A stretch of 63,591 nucleotides of DNA, filler included. It is 7 parts of 7 records of this genome, joined end to end, with 100 filler letters (N's around TTAATTAATTAA, not from the genome) between each part and the next. Parts side by side here need not be neighbours in the genome. Positions count along the whole stretch, not along the records: positions 44,517 to 52,251 come from SRR31156797_25098; positions 52,352 to 57,880 come from SRR31156797_25127; positions 57,981 to 63,591 come from SRR31156797_25137; 4 more parts are not named here. The stretch is one strand, 5' to 3'. This document shows positions 49,459-59,480 of this stretch, one piece after another (within the stretch, counting starts at the first letter, position 1; every line of letters begins with the position of its first letter). The notes under the pieces are model-generated. The model made no database searches. It was given only the letters and a program-made list of their open reading frames with translations, and was not told the DNA's origin. The position numbers were made by a program, and so were the translations under genes.

Positions 49459-51519
49459 CTAGCCGCAAGTGCATGAATTGTAGCTGTACTCAGTCCTTTC
49501 GCGATATTCTTCCTGCTTACCCTTGTTCCAGCGGTTAACCGGACGGTAGTAGCCGACGATACGGGTATAAACCTCGGCATCTTTACCGCATTCAGGGCAT
49601 TCGAAGTGCTCACCGTAAAGATAGCCATGATCTTCGCAAACCGAAAAAGTCGGAGTTACTGAGATGTAGGGAATCTTGGTGTTGGTCATAGCCTTGATGA
49701 TGAAGTTCTTCAGCGCGGTGGTATCCGGCACAGCTTCACCGAGGAAGGAATGAAACACAGTTCCCCCGTTGTACAGGGTCTGCAGAGCGTTCTGGTGCTC
49801 AAGAGCGTAGACAACATCCTCGGTAGCACCCACAGGCAGCAGGGTGGAGTTGGTGTAGTACGGAGTATCGCCACCGGAAGTGTAAATGTCGGCATAGAGA
49901 TTCTTGTCGATCTTAGCCAGACGGTAGCAGGTACCTTCACCCGGAGTAGCTTCAAGGTTAAAAAGGTTACCGGTTTCCTCCTGAAATTCCACTGTCAGAT
50001 CACGCAGGTGGTGCAGAACTCTCTGCATCAGGCGGGAACCGGAGGGAGTATCAATGCCTTTGCCCAGCAGGTTGTGGCAGGCTTCGTTACCACCGATCAA
50101 GCCGATGGTTGAGAAATGGCCCTTGAAACCGTTCTTCAGGTAACGCTGAGAGAAGGGGAACATGCCATTCTCAAAGTTAGCGGTAACCAGCTTGCGCTTG
50201 TACTCGAGAGAATCCTTGGCCTGAGTGGCATACTCGGTAATCAGGTCGAGGAAGTCTTCCTCACCCTGTGCGAGATAAGCCAGCTTGGGCAGGTTCAGGG
50301 TAACAACACCGATGGAGCCGGTCAGGTCTCCGGCGCCAAACAGGCCGCCGGTTTTCTTGCGGATTTCACGCAAGTCCATCTGCAAGCGGCAACACATGGA
50401 ACGCACGTCCTCAGGATTGAGGTCGGAGTTGATGAAGTTCTGGAAATAAGGTGCACCGTACTTGGCGGTCATCTGCAGCAGCAGTTCGCCCACTTCGCTT
50501 TCCCACGGAAAATCCGGGGTAACGTTGTAGGTGGGGATGGGGAAAGAGAAGATACGGCCGTCGGAGTCACCTTCAAGCATGACTTCAACAAAGGCACGGT
50601 TGATCATCTCCATTTCTTCCTGGTACTCACCGTAAGTGGTATCCTGGAACTCACCGCCGATGATTACCGGCTCGTTAGCAATGTGCTTAGGCGGAACCAT
50701 ATCAAAGGTAAAGTTGGTGAAGGGACTCTGTCCGCCCCAACGGGAAGTGGTGTTCAGGTTGAAGATCAGCTTCTGCACCATCTGCTTCACGCGGTCATAA
50801 TCCAGACCGTCATGACGAACAAAGGGGGCGAGGTAGGTATCAACGTTGTTGAAAGCCTGTGCACCGGCCCACTCGTTCTGCAGAGTCCCGAGAAAGTTAA
50901 CCATCTGTCCGGTGATGGAATCAAAATGGCGTGCCGGACCGGAAGAACAACGACCCTTAAGACCGAAACCATCCAGCAGCAGGTCGCGCAAGGACCAACC
51001 TGCGCAGTATCCGGCAAGGCCGAAAGAAAGGTCATGAATGTGGAAATAGCCGTGCTCGTGAGCCAGCCTGATTTCCTCGGGATATTTTTCAAGGCAGTAA
51101 CGGGCCTGAACAGCTCCGGACATGTGCAGCATCAGCCCCTGAAAGGAATGCCCCATGTTGGAATTTTCATTTACACGCCAGTCGGAACGGTCAAGATAAC
51201 TTTCAATTGTTCCAGCGATATCAAGATAGGTTTCATCCTGACGGCGCAGTTCACGGCGTTTTTCACGATATATGATGTAGCGTTCGGCTACAGAGTAAAG
51301 ACGGTTCTCCATAAGAACGAGTTGAACCATGTCCTGAACCATTTCCTGTTCGGGAACATCAACTTCGGCGAGTTTCTGCTCAACCTTGCGGCCGAGACGC
51401 TTACTCAACAGAGGATCTTTGATTCCGCTGGCTTTCAGAGCTTTAAAGATTGCTTCTGAGATTCGCTCAGTAGACCATGATTCGAGACAACCGTCACGTT
51501 TGAGAATTTGTTTGGGCAT
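49459..51519 (-). CDS. nrdD: Class III anaerobic ribonucleoside-triphosphate reductase
   Basis: N-terminal ATP cone, 'YCAGW', 'SMCCRL', Zn site CEDH..CPEC, glycyl radical motif 'TRIVGYYRP'. Confidence 0.95.
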   Translation of the reverse strand: MPKQILKRDGCLESWSTERISEAIFKALKASGIKDPLLSKRLGRKVEQKLAEVDVPEQEMVQDMVQLVLMENRLYSVAERYIIYREKRRELRRQDETYLDIAGTIESYLDRSDWRVNENSNMGHSFQGLMLHMSGAVQARYCLEKYPEEIRLAHEHGYFHIHDLSFGLAGYCAGWSLRDLLLDGFGLKGRCSSGPARHFDSITGQMVNFLGTLQNEWAGAQAFNNVDTYLAPFVRHDGLDYDRVKQMVQKLIFNLNTTSRWGGQSPFTNFTFDMVPPKHIANEPVIIGGEFQDTTYGEYQEEMEMINRAFVEVMLEGDSDGRIFSFPIPTYNVTPDFPWESEVGELLLQMTAKYGAPYFQNFINSDLNPEDVRSMCCRLQMDLREIRKKTGGLFGAGDLTGSIGVVTLNLPKLAYLAQGEEDFLDLITEYATQAKDSLEYKRKLVTANFENGMFPFSQRYLKNGFKGHFSTIGLIGGNEACHNLLGKGIDTPSGSRLMQRVLHHLRDLTVEFQEETGNLFNLEATPGEGTCYRLAKIDKNLYADIYTSGGDTPYYTNSTLLPVGATEDVVYALEHQNALQTLYNGGTVFHSFLGEAVPDTTALKNFIIKAMTNTKIPYISVTPTFSVCEDHGYLYGEHFECPECGKDAEVYTRIVGYYRPVNRWNKGKQEEYRERTEYSYNSCTCG

Positions 51520-51810
51520 TTAATTACCTGTAAAAATTTGTCCGCACACATCACCGTCCGCGTTAAAAAAAGAACGCAGAAAAGGAAGCAACCTCCCCAG
51601 ATTGCAAGCACACGGCTGAACCGTGTCTCATTGTGGTGTGGCATTTTGACGCAGGACACCCGGTAGGTACATCCTGCAGGACTTTTGGAACCGGAAAGCA
51701 TGTCAGAAACAAAATATTCCGGTCAGTTTGAACCGACCTGCCGCTCTGAGGTGACGCCATAAAATAAATTCATACCTATGAATTTAATGGACGCAAACTA
51801 GGCAGGTATG

Positions 51811-51942
51811 CTTCAGGCCGGGGTGCTGGCTCGGGGTACGCACAGAATGCTTCCCTGACAGCGGCAGGACCGCCCCGGATTCAAACCGGGTTCCCGACTG
51901 ATCCGTTCCAAATGCTCAGAAAGCAGAAACGAATTCCTGAAG
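51811..51942 (-). ncRNA. Cobalamin (B12) riboswitch
   Basis: Minus strand: P1 CTTCAGG/CCTGAAG; GGGAA-CCCGG-TTTGAAT-CCGGG-GCGG-TCCTG-CCGCTGT core; B12-box-like GAGCCAG; upstream of a B12-independent RNR. Confidence 0.85.
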
Positions 51943-52142
51943 TGCTGACGACTGAAAGTAGTCTAACAGACTGAAAAATTCGGTCAAGACTCTCTAGACT
52001 TTTTCTTGTGCAATGGAACCTCAGCCTTAGAGCCATCTGGCATAGCGGGTGTGGAACAGCAGTTTTCCACAGTTGTTCATTTGATGTTCAAAACAGCTTA
52101 AACTCCTGATTTAGAGACAAAATCTCTCAACTATTTTCACAC

Positions 52143-52176
52143 TATTTCAGCCGGACAAAATAATCCGGCTGAAATA
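52143..52176. terminator. Hairpin/terminator
   Basis: TATTTCAGCCGGA-loop-TCCGGCTGAAATA followed by a T-tract. Confidence 0.7.
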
Positions 52177-52251
52177 TTTTTTTGTCTGAGAACAACAGCA
52201 GCCCTCATCTGATTAAATCATTAAGAAATCCGGCACTCATCACGCAAACCA

Positions 52252-52351
52252 NNNNNNNNNNNNNNNNNNNNNNNNNNNNNNNNNNNNNNNNNNNNTTAAT
52301 TAATTAANNNNNNNNNNNNNNNNNNNNNNNNNNNNNNNNNNNNNNNNNNNN
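52252..52351. other. Artificial contig spacer
   Basis: N44-TTAATTAATTAA-N44. Confidence 0.99.
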
Positions 52352-52426
52352 AAGTTTATACTTTCCCATATCATAAAAAAGAGCATAAGTGAAATAACTT
52401 CACTTGTGCTCTGATTAAATTCATCT

Positions 52427-53653
52427 CTAAAGTTCTAACTCTATAAAATCTAACTCTTTATTAAACTCTTTTACAAAATGCAAACTTCCGTCTTGATTAT
52501 AAAAATAGTGCTTTCCAACTCTTTTATTTTCAGTATATTCCCCTTTGGATTGAAGCATTCCATTGAAGTAATAATTTTTTATCTCACCGTTTAAACGCCT
52601 ATTTTTATACTGACCTTCCATTTTTATATTTCCATTTTCAAAATATTTCTTAAATTCACCATCAACTTGACCATTTTTATAAGTTGTTTGATTTTTAACA
52701 GTTCCATTCGTATAGTACTCTATTTCAATTCCATTTCTTGTTCCTTTAAGATAACGTGATTCAAATCTTAAGATTCCTGATTCATAATATTCTTTTAATG
52801 TTCCGTTTATTATATTGCTAATATATGGCGTTTCTTTTTTTATCACATTATTTTCATAATACTCATATGTTTTTCCATTTAATTTTCCATCTTTCAAACC
52901 AAATCTTGACTTAAGCAGATCCTTAGAAAAATCGAAATAAAGATATACATCTGAGCTATTATTTTCAAAATATACTTCTCTTCTAACTATATTTCCACTT
53001 GTGTCATAAATATAAGTGTTACCTGTTTTAGCGCCGTTTATATACAAAGTTTCACTTTTCAGAGGATTAACATTATAGAGATCTCTATCAATATAAAATA
53101 CTTTCTCCAGACCATGCTGTTTTCCATCTAAGAAGTCTCGAGTTTTTTCAATCTCACCTAACTGAGTATAATTAAGCACTTCTCCGGAGATTTTTCCATT
53201 TACATATATGCCCTTTTCCATTAACTCTCCATTTGAATAATGATGAGTATAAGCCCCAGACTTGATATCATCTTCATAATTATACAACTCTTTAATTATT
53301 CCATTAGGATGATATACTATTACTTCGCCAAACAGTTTCCCATTAGAAAAAGTATATTTCTCCTTTAATAATCCTGAAGATGTGTAGCTTATATATTCTC
53401 CAGATAGATTTCCGTTTTTATAATTTCTTCGTTCAATAAGGTTTCCATCTGAATCATAAAACACAGCTTCTCCGTCCATTATACCTTTTCTATATTCTAT
53501 GATGGATTTAAGCACTTTATTCTCATGATATGTTTTAATTTTTCCATTTAAATCCTGATTCGTAATGGTTACTTTTTTATCAACTGTTTTATTCACTGTG
53601 GTACAAGAGAATAAGAAAACGGAGAATAATATTAAAACTATTTTTTTATACAC
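52427..53653 (-). CDS. MORN-variant (YwqK-like) repeat lipoprotein
   Basis: GTG start at 53653 after GGAGGT; lipobox 'LFSC'; many 'G....YY.NG.L...Y.NG' repeats. Confidence 0.85.
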   Translation of the reverse strand: MYKKIVLILFSVFLFSCTTVNKTVDKKVTITNQDLNGKIKTYHENKVLKSIIEYRKGIMDGEAVFYDSDGNLIERRNYKNGNLSGEYISYTSSGLLKEKYTFSNGKLFGEVIVYHPNGIIKELYNYEDDIKSGAYTHHYSNGELMEKGIYVNGKISGEVLNYTQLGEIEKTRDFLDGKQHGLEKVFYIDRDLYNVNPLKSETLYINGAKTGNTYIYDTSGNIVRREVYFENNSSDVYLYFDFSKDLLKSRFGLKDGKLNGKTYEYYENNVIKKETPYISNIINGTLKEYYESGILRFESRYLKGTRNGIEIEYYTNGTVKNQTTYKNGQVDGEFKKYFENGNIKMEGQYKNRRLNGEIKNYYFNGMLQSKGEYTENKRVGKHYFYNQDGSLHFVKEFNKELDFIELEL

Positions 53654-53803
53654 AATTATTACCTCCAATAAACTTTCTTCACTATACATGATACTAAATT
53701 TTTCTTTAAATTTGATTAAGTAATTAACAGACAAAATTCTAATTTAAATATACATACACTTATTTAAGCTACTCATTATAACATATACTTTTAAATCCCA
53801 CAA

Positions 53804-53838
53804 TAAAATAGCGGAGTCAACAATTTTTGACTCCGCTA
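53804..53838 (-). terminator. Terminator after fprA
   Basis: TAGCGGAGTCAA-loop-TTGACTCCGCTA. Confidence 0.75.
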
Positions 53839-53862
53839 AAACATATAAAAATTAATTTTTAA

Positions 53863-55065
53863 TTATCTTTCTGCTTTTAATTTAGTTGCTAATTCCACAG
53901 CTATTGCTTCAACTTTTGTGTAATCTTCAGCTTTAGGTGAGCAGTAAACATCTACCGGTTCTCCAACCAGTTCAAGTCCTCTCATACTTTCAACGAATTC
54001 CTTGATCTTTTTCATTCCTCCACCGCTCCAAGCGTATGTTCCGAATGCTCCTACATATCTGTTTTTTAATCCGTATAATTTTAACTCACAAAGTAAAGTT
54101 TCAATTTTTGGATAACAACTTGTATTATATGCACATGATCCAATAATAAGACCTTTATATTTCCAGATATCTCTTAGAATATATGACATATGAGTTTTTG
54201 ATGCATCATAAACTCTTACGTTTTTGATACCCTCTTCAGCAAGTTTTCTTGCAACTGCATTTGCAGATTTAGCTGTATTACCATACATTGTTCCATATAC
54301 TACAACTACACCTTCAGCTTCAGGTTCGAACTTACTCATTCTATCATACATACCTATTACTTTTTCTATCTCACTTCTCCAGATAGGACCGTGAGAAGGT
54401 GCGATGAATTTAACATCTAAATTAGCTAGTTTTTTTAGAATCATTTGAACTTGCATTCCATATTTTCCAACAATGTTAGAGTAATATCTTGTCATTTCAT
54501 CTTCGTACTCTTCAAAATCTAGCTCATCATCAAATATTCCACCATCTAAAGCCCCAAAACTTCCTAGAGCATCATTTGAGAATAAAACTCCAGCTGTTTT
54601 ATCAAATGTTACCATTGACTCAGGCCAGTGAACCATCGGCATCATAGCAAATGTTAGTTTATGAGTTCCTAAATCTAACTCGTCGCCCTCTTTGATCTCT
54701 ACGAAGTTATCTTCAATACCATAAAAACCTTTTAATAGTTTTTGAGTTTTATTATTTCCAACTAATTTTGCATTTGGATATCTATGAAGTAACGACTCAA
54801 TAGAACCTGAATGATCTGGTTCCATATGGTTAATTATAATATAATCTACTTCTTTTCCTCCAAGTACTTCTTGGATTTTTTGTAAGTAAGTTCCGTGTGT
54901 TCCAAATTCAACTGTATCAACTACAGCTACTTTTTCATCTACTACTAAGTATGAGTTGTATGACACACCTTTATCCAGAGGCCACATATTTTCAAATCTG
55001 TCAGTTTTTCTATCGTTTGTTCCTATCCAGTAAATTTTATCAGTAATATTTACTACATTATGCAT
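53863..55065 (-). CDS. fprA: Flavodiiron protein (A-type flavoprotein, O2/NO reductase)
   Basis: 'YNSYL', 'NHMEPDHSG', 'HWPE', 'APSHG', flavodoxin 'YGTMYGNT'. Confidence 0.93.
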   Translation of the reverse strand: MHNVVNITDKIYWIGTNDRKTDRFENMWPLDKGVSYNSYLVVDEKVAVVDTVEFGTHGTYLQKIQEVLGGKEVDYIIINHMEPDHSGSIESLLHRYPNAKLVGNNKTQKLLKGFYGIEDNFVEIKEGDELDLGTHKLTFAMMPMVHWPESMVTFDKTAGVLFSNDALGSFGALDGGIFDDELDFEEYEDEMTRYYSNIVGKYGMQVQMILKKLANLDVKFIAPSHGPIWRSEIEKVIGMYDRMSKFEPEAEGVVVVYGTMYGNTAKSANAVARKLAEEGIKNVRVYDASKTHMSYILRDIWKYKGLIIGSCAYNTSCYPKIETLLCELKLYGLKNRYVGAFGTYAWSGGGMKKIKEFVESMRGLELVGEPVDVYCSPKAEDYTKVEAIAVELATKLKAER

Positions 55066-55559
55066 ATCGCAAACTCCTCCTTGTATATTTTTTTAAGTCA
55101 AAAAAGCTTCAATTTTGAATTGTCCTAAAAAGCCTTTAATTTGACTTTGCATTAAAATATATTTAAGTTATTTTTTTAGTTACTATAGTTATTAAATTTC
55201 TCTCAATTTTCCAGCCTTTATAATTATATGTTTCATTAATTTTTTAATGCTTTTATATTAAAATATTTAATTCTGATTATAATTGTAATGATATCATTTT
55301 TATCTATACTTTACAAGTTTTTTTCACTAAAATTGAGCAAAATTAAAATCAAATTAAGTTTTTTGATAAAAGTAAATCAAATTCTGTTAACTTAGAGTAA
55401 ACGAATTTTAATATTTCTAACTTGCAGCAAATATGATATACTGTAGGCGGAGAAAATCCTAATACAATTATAATATGAAAAGAATAGAATATCAAAAACA
55501 AAAATAAAAGCGTTTAAATCTGAAGCGCAACTGAAACTAAAAAATAGGAGGAAACAAAC

Positions 55560-56435
55560 TTGAATCCAGTATTTCTAAAATTAGGACAATTTGAAATAAG
55601 ATATTATGGCTTAATGTATGCCATTTCATTTATCCTAACTCTTCATTTAATAAAAAAAGATGCTAAAGAGAACGGACTTGATGAAAATTTAATTGAAAAT
55701 TATGGTATCAGTACTATTGTTGCCGGATTAATAGGTGGAAGGTTATATTATGTTTTGTTTAATCTAAAATTCTATCTGGCTAATCCACTGGAAATCCCTG
55801 CTGTATGGCATGGAGGAATGGCAATCCATGGTGCAATAGTCGGTGGTATAATTTGGTCTGTCATCTATACCAGAAGGCATAAAATCAAGTTGTGGACACT
55901 TACAGACATGGCTGCCCCATTGTTTATCCTTGGGCAGGGAATAGGCCGTATAGGTAATTTCATGAACGGAGAGGTGCATGGTGTACCTACATTTACACCA
56001 CTTAATATAATCTTTTCGATTAAACCGAAATTTTACGAATGGTTCAGCATGTATAATGAACTTTCGTTACAAAAACAAGCGGAATTCAGTGAACTGGTTC
56101 CTTGGGGATTAGTATTTCCAAATAGTTCACCGGCAGGGTCAGAGTTCCCTAATTTGGCGCTACATCCCGCAATGTTATATGAGATGTTTTTAAACTTCTT
56201 AGCTTTTATCTCTTTATACTTTGTATTTAGAAGAAAAAATTTAAAGCCCGGAACTATTACATGCCTGTATCTGATAGAATATTCACTTATTAGAACATTT
56301 GTCAGCTTCTTTAGATCTGAAGATTTAATGTTCTATGGAATTAGAGCTCCACACGCAATAAGTTTAGTATTAATAACAGCTGCATTAATAACTCTAAGTT
56401 TTATTTATAAAAATAAAAAAACTGAAATCAAATAA
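55560..56435 (+). CDS. lgt: Prolipoprotein diacylglyceryl transferase
   Basis: 'RYYGLMY', 'GGRLYYV', 'GGMAIHG', 'GRIGNFMNGE', 'HPAMLYE'; Fusobacteria-type insertion. Confidence 0.96.
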   Translation: MNPVFLKLGQFEIRYYGLMYAISFILTLHLIKKDAKENGLDENLIENYGISTIVAGLIGGRLYYVLFNLKFYLANPLEIPAVWHGGMAIHGAIVGGIIWSVIYTRRHKIKLWTLTDMAAPLFILGQGIGRIGNFMNGEVHGVPTFTPLNIIFSIKPKFYEWFSMYNELSLQKQAEFSELVPWGLVFPNSSPAGSEFPNLALHPAMLYEMFLNFLAFISLYFVFRRKNLKPGTITCLYLIEYSLIRTFVSFFRSEDLMFYGIRAPHAISLVLITAALITLSFIYKNKKTEIK

Positions 56436-56546
56436 TTTTTAGGACTCTTTTTTACAAGAGTCTTTTTTTATATGCAAAATTAAAAGAGCCTACTCTAATT
56501 AAAGAATAGACTCTAAAAATGACTAAAGGTTTTTATGTAAATTTAA

Positions 56547-57761
56547 TTACAATCCTAATTCAAATTCATCATGAATAGCATTAAGCGCTTTGTGCCCTGC
56601 TTCTTTCTCAATTAAACAAGAGATTTTAAGCTCAGATGTACTAATCATTTCGATATTTACACCTTCCTTATAAAGTACTTCGAATAATTTTGAAGCTACA
56701 TCAGCTGATCCAGTTATACCTGTTCCAACTATTGATAATTTAGATACATTATCTTTAATTAATACGTTATCTCCGCTTATCTCTGCAATGAAAGTACTTG
56801 CAATCTCTTTTGCTTTTGCTGCTTCATCTTTTTGAACAGTAAATGAAATATCATTTCTTCCATTATGATCTAAATTTTGAATGATCATATCAACTGTTAC
56901 ATTGTTTTTTGATAATTTTGAGAACAATTTAAATGCTGTTCCCGGGTGATCCGGAACTTCCGTTACAGTTACCCTTGCTATATTTTCATCGATTGTTACT
57001 CCTCTAACTAATACTCTTTCCATTGTGTTAACCCCCGTTACCATAGTTCCGTTACCTTTTTCGAATGTAGATTTTACTACAAGAGGTAAGTCGTATTTTC
57101 TAGCTAATTCAACTGATCTTGGATGAAGTACTTTCGCTCCAAGTTTTGCCAGTTCTAACATCTCATCATAACTGATTTCATCTAACATTTTTGCTTCTTT
57201 TACTTTTCTAGGATCTGTCGTGAATACTCCGGGTACATCTGTATAAATTTCACATTTATCTGCTTCTAAAGCACAGGCAAGTGCTACAGCTGATGTATCA
57301 GATCCACCTCTACCTAAAGTAGTAATATTTCCATCTTTAGAAACTCCTTGGAATCCTGCAACAATAACAATGTTTCCAGCTTGAAGTTCTTCCATTAATC
57401 TTTCGTTATTTACAGCTTCGATTCTTGCTTTCTTATGTCTATCATCAGTTTGAATTCCAGCCTGATGACCAGTTAGAGAAATAACTTTCTCTCCCAAGCT
57501 TTCAATTGCCATTGCTAAAAGTGCAATCGTTACCTGTTCTCCTGTTGATAATAACATATCCATCTCTCTATGTGATGGGTTTTTAGCAATCTCTCCAGCC
57601 ATTGCTACTAATGCATTTGTCGTTTTACCCATTGCAGATACTACAACAACTATTTTGTTTCCGTTTCTTTGCTCAGCAACAACTTTCTCAGCAATCGCTT
57701 TGATTTTATCTGTATCCCCTACAGATGTTCCACCATACTTCTGAACGATAATATTATTCAT
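56547..57761 (-). CDS. lysC: Aspartate kinase
   Basis: 'VQKYGGTSV', 'VVSAMG', '[12 protein letters not shown]', ACT domains; ATG at 57761 coupled to the upstream stop (TAATG). Confidence 0.95.
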   Translation of the reverse strand: MNNIIVQKYGGTSVGDTDKIKAIAEKVVAEQRNGNKIVVVVSAMGKTTNALVAMAGEIAKNPSHREMDMLLSTGEQVTIALLAMAIESLGEKVISLTGHQAGIQTDDRHKKARIEAVNNERLMEELQAGNIVIVAGFQGVSKDGNITTLGRGGSDTSAVALACALEADKCEIYTDVPGVFTTDPRKVKEAKMLDEISYDEMLELAKLGAKVLHPRSVELARKYDLPLVVKSTFEKGNGTMVTGVNTMERVLVRGVTIDENIARVTVTEVPDHPGTAFKLFSKLSKNNVTVDMIIQNLDHNGRNDISFTVQKDEAAKAKEIASTFIAEISGDNVLIKDNVSKLSIVGTGITGSADVASKLFEVLYKEGVNIEMISTSELKISCLIEKEAGHKALNAIHDEFELGL

Positions 57762-57880
57762 TACTCTACCACCTCTGTTGAAGTACCATCCATACACAGG
57801 TTAATAACTCTTAAATCCCAATTATTATCCATTGTATCAAGATAACTTCTCATATCTTCTATAAATTTTTTATCACCTTT
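57761..57880 (-). CDS. thrB: C-terminal fragment, probably homoserine kinase
   Basis: Open frame [39 protein letters not shown], stop overlaps the lysC start; identity inferred from context and C-terminal pattern. Confidence 0.5.
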   Translation of the reverse strand, partial: KGDKKFIEDMRSYLDTMDNNWDLRVINLCMDGTSTEVVE

Positions 57881-57980
57881 NNNNNNNNNNNNNNNNNNNN
57901 NNNNNNNNNNNNNNNNNNNNNNNNTTAATTAATTAANNNNNNNNNNNNNNNNNNNNNNNNNNNNNNNNNNNNNNNNNNNN
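57881..57980. other. Artificial contig spacer
   Basis: N44-TTAATTAATTAA-N44. Confidence 0.99.
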
Positions 57981-59344
57981 ACGGCGCTGATCAGAACGCC
58001 CGGAACAACGGGGTTCAGGCCGAAGAAGCTCAGATGGTTCTGGAAGAGCCATACCGCGACGCTTCCGGATATCAGGCTGGCCATACTGGCGACGGCGCCG
58101 GCCTTGTTGGAGTAATGCCCCACGATATAGGGGATAAAGGCGCCGCCGGCGCGGAGGCTGAAGCTGAACATGAGGATGGTGATGATGCTGCGCGTATTGG
58201 TCAGGGCGATGATCATGGACAGGATCCCGCAGACGACCATGATGATCCTGTTCACCAGCAGCAGATGATCGTCATCCGCATCCTTCTTGATAAACTTCTT
58301 ATACACATCGTTGGAAAGGATGGTTCCCGCTGCCAGCATATCCGAGTCGGCGCTGGACATGGTGGCCGAGATCAGGGCGGCGAAGAGGATGCCCACCAGG
58401 AAGGGAGGCATGGTCTCGACGGCCAGAACCGGAAGGATGTAGCGGCTGCCCTGGGAGGTGATCAGGGTGGTGTCGATCATCCCCTTCTGCACCATGGCGT
58501 AGGCGGTCAGTCCCAGAAGGGCGGGCAGAGCGGCATAGGCGATGCAGATGACTCCGCCCAGGATGGAACCGTTGCGAACGGCCTTCTCGTCCCGGGCGCC
58601 GTAGTAGCGCTGGATGACCTCGGGGCCCACCGCAAAGGAGGCGATGTACATAAGGGTCAGGGAGATGATGGTCTTGAATCCGATCCCCTGGGTGAAAGAG
58701 AGCTTCTCGGCGGGAGCCTGGGCCATGACCTCGGACCATCCGCCCGCGGCGTTCAGGGCGAAGGGAACCGCCAGCAGGGTGCCCGCCAGGATCAGGGCGC
58801 ACTGGATGAAGTCGGTGAACGCGACGCCCCAGAGCCCCCCCATAACCGAGTAGACCGTGACGACGACGGTTACGACCAGTACCGAAAGGGTATAGCTCCA
58901 TCCCGTCATGACCGACAGGATCACGGAAGACGCTATGATCTGCACGGCGGTCAGTCCGATCATGGGCAGGGACATGACGACGGCCGTTACGAGGGAGTTG
59001 GCCGGCCCGTAGCGCTTCTCAAAGAAATCTGAGATGGTCACGGACATGGTGCTGCGCAGCTTGGGCGCTATAAAGGCCAGCAGGATGTAGGCGACGGCGG
59101 CGGTGATGACATACCAGATAGCGGAGAATCCCCACTGTCCGAAGGCCTTTTCCGTAATCCCCAGGGAGGTTCCTCCCCCTATGTTGGTGGCCGCCAGGGT
59201 TCCGGCCAGAAGCCAGGGACCGAGTTTCCTGCCCGCCAGGGCGAAATCGGTGGATGAGCTGACCCTCTTGCTGGCGACATAGCCCACTCCCATCATAACC
59301 AGAAGATAACAGACGACGATTACGGATATTAATCCAGATCCCAT
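57981..59344 (-). CDS. Sodium:solute symporter (SSS) family, 3' truncated
   Basis: 'DFALAGRKLG', 'YSVMGGLWGVAFTDFIQ', 'IQRYYGAR', 'SATMSSADS'. Confidence 0.92.
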
Positions 59345-59480
59345 AGTAGATACTCCTTAGGTTTAGCGATATTACTATGAGTCTAGCATGGGAATTTACA
59401 TTAATGTACAAAGTTTTTCTTATCCAGGCCCTCCCCTCCCCCTCCGAAGGGGGGAAGGAAAAACTCCGGACGAAGGGGAA

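Noticed and set aside
50116-51459. 447-aa + strand ORF
   Set aside because: Antisense shadow of nrdD produced by codon bias; no recognisable motifs.
52427-53653. YwqK 'antitoxin' as evidence of a toxin-antitoxin system
   Set aside because: MORN-variant repeats are abundant in Fusobacteriota and no toxin gene is adjacent.
57762-57880. Possible lysine riboswitch upstream of lysC
   Set aside because: The region is coding; its stop codon overlaps the lysC ATG.
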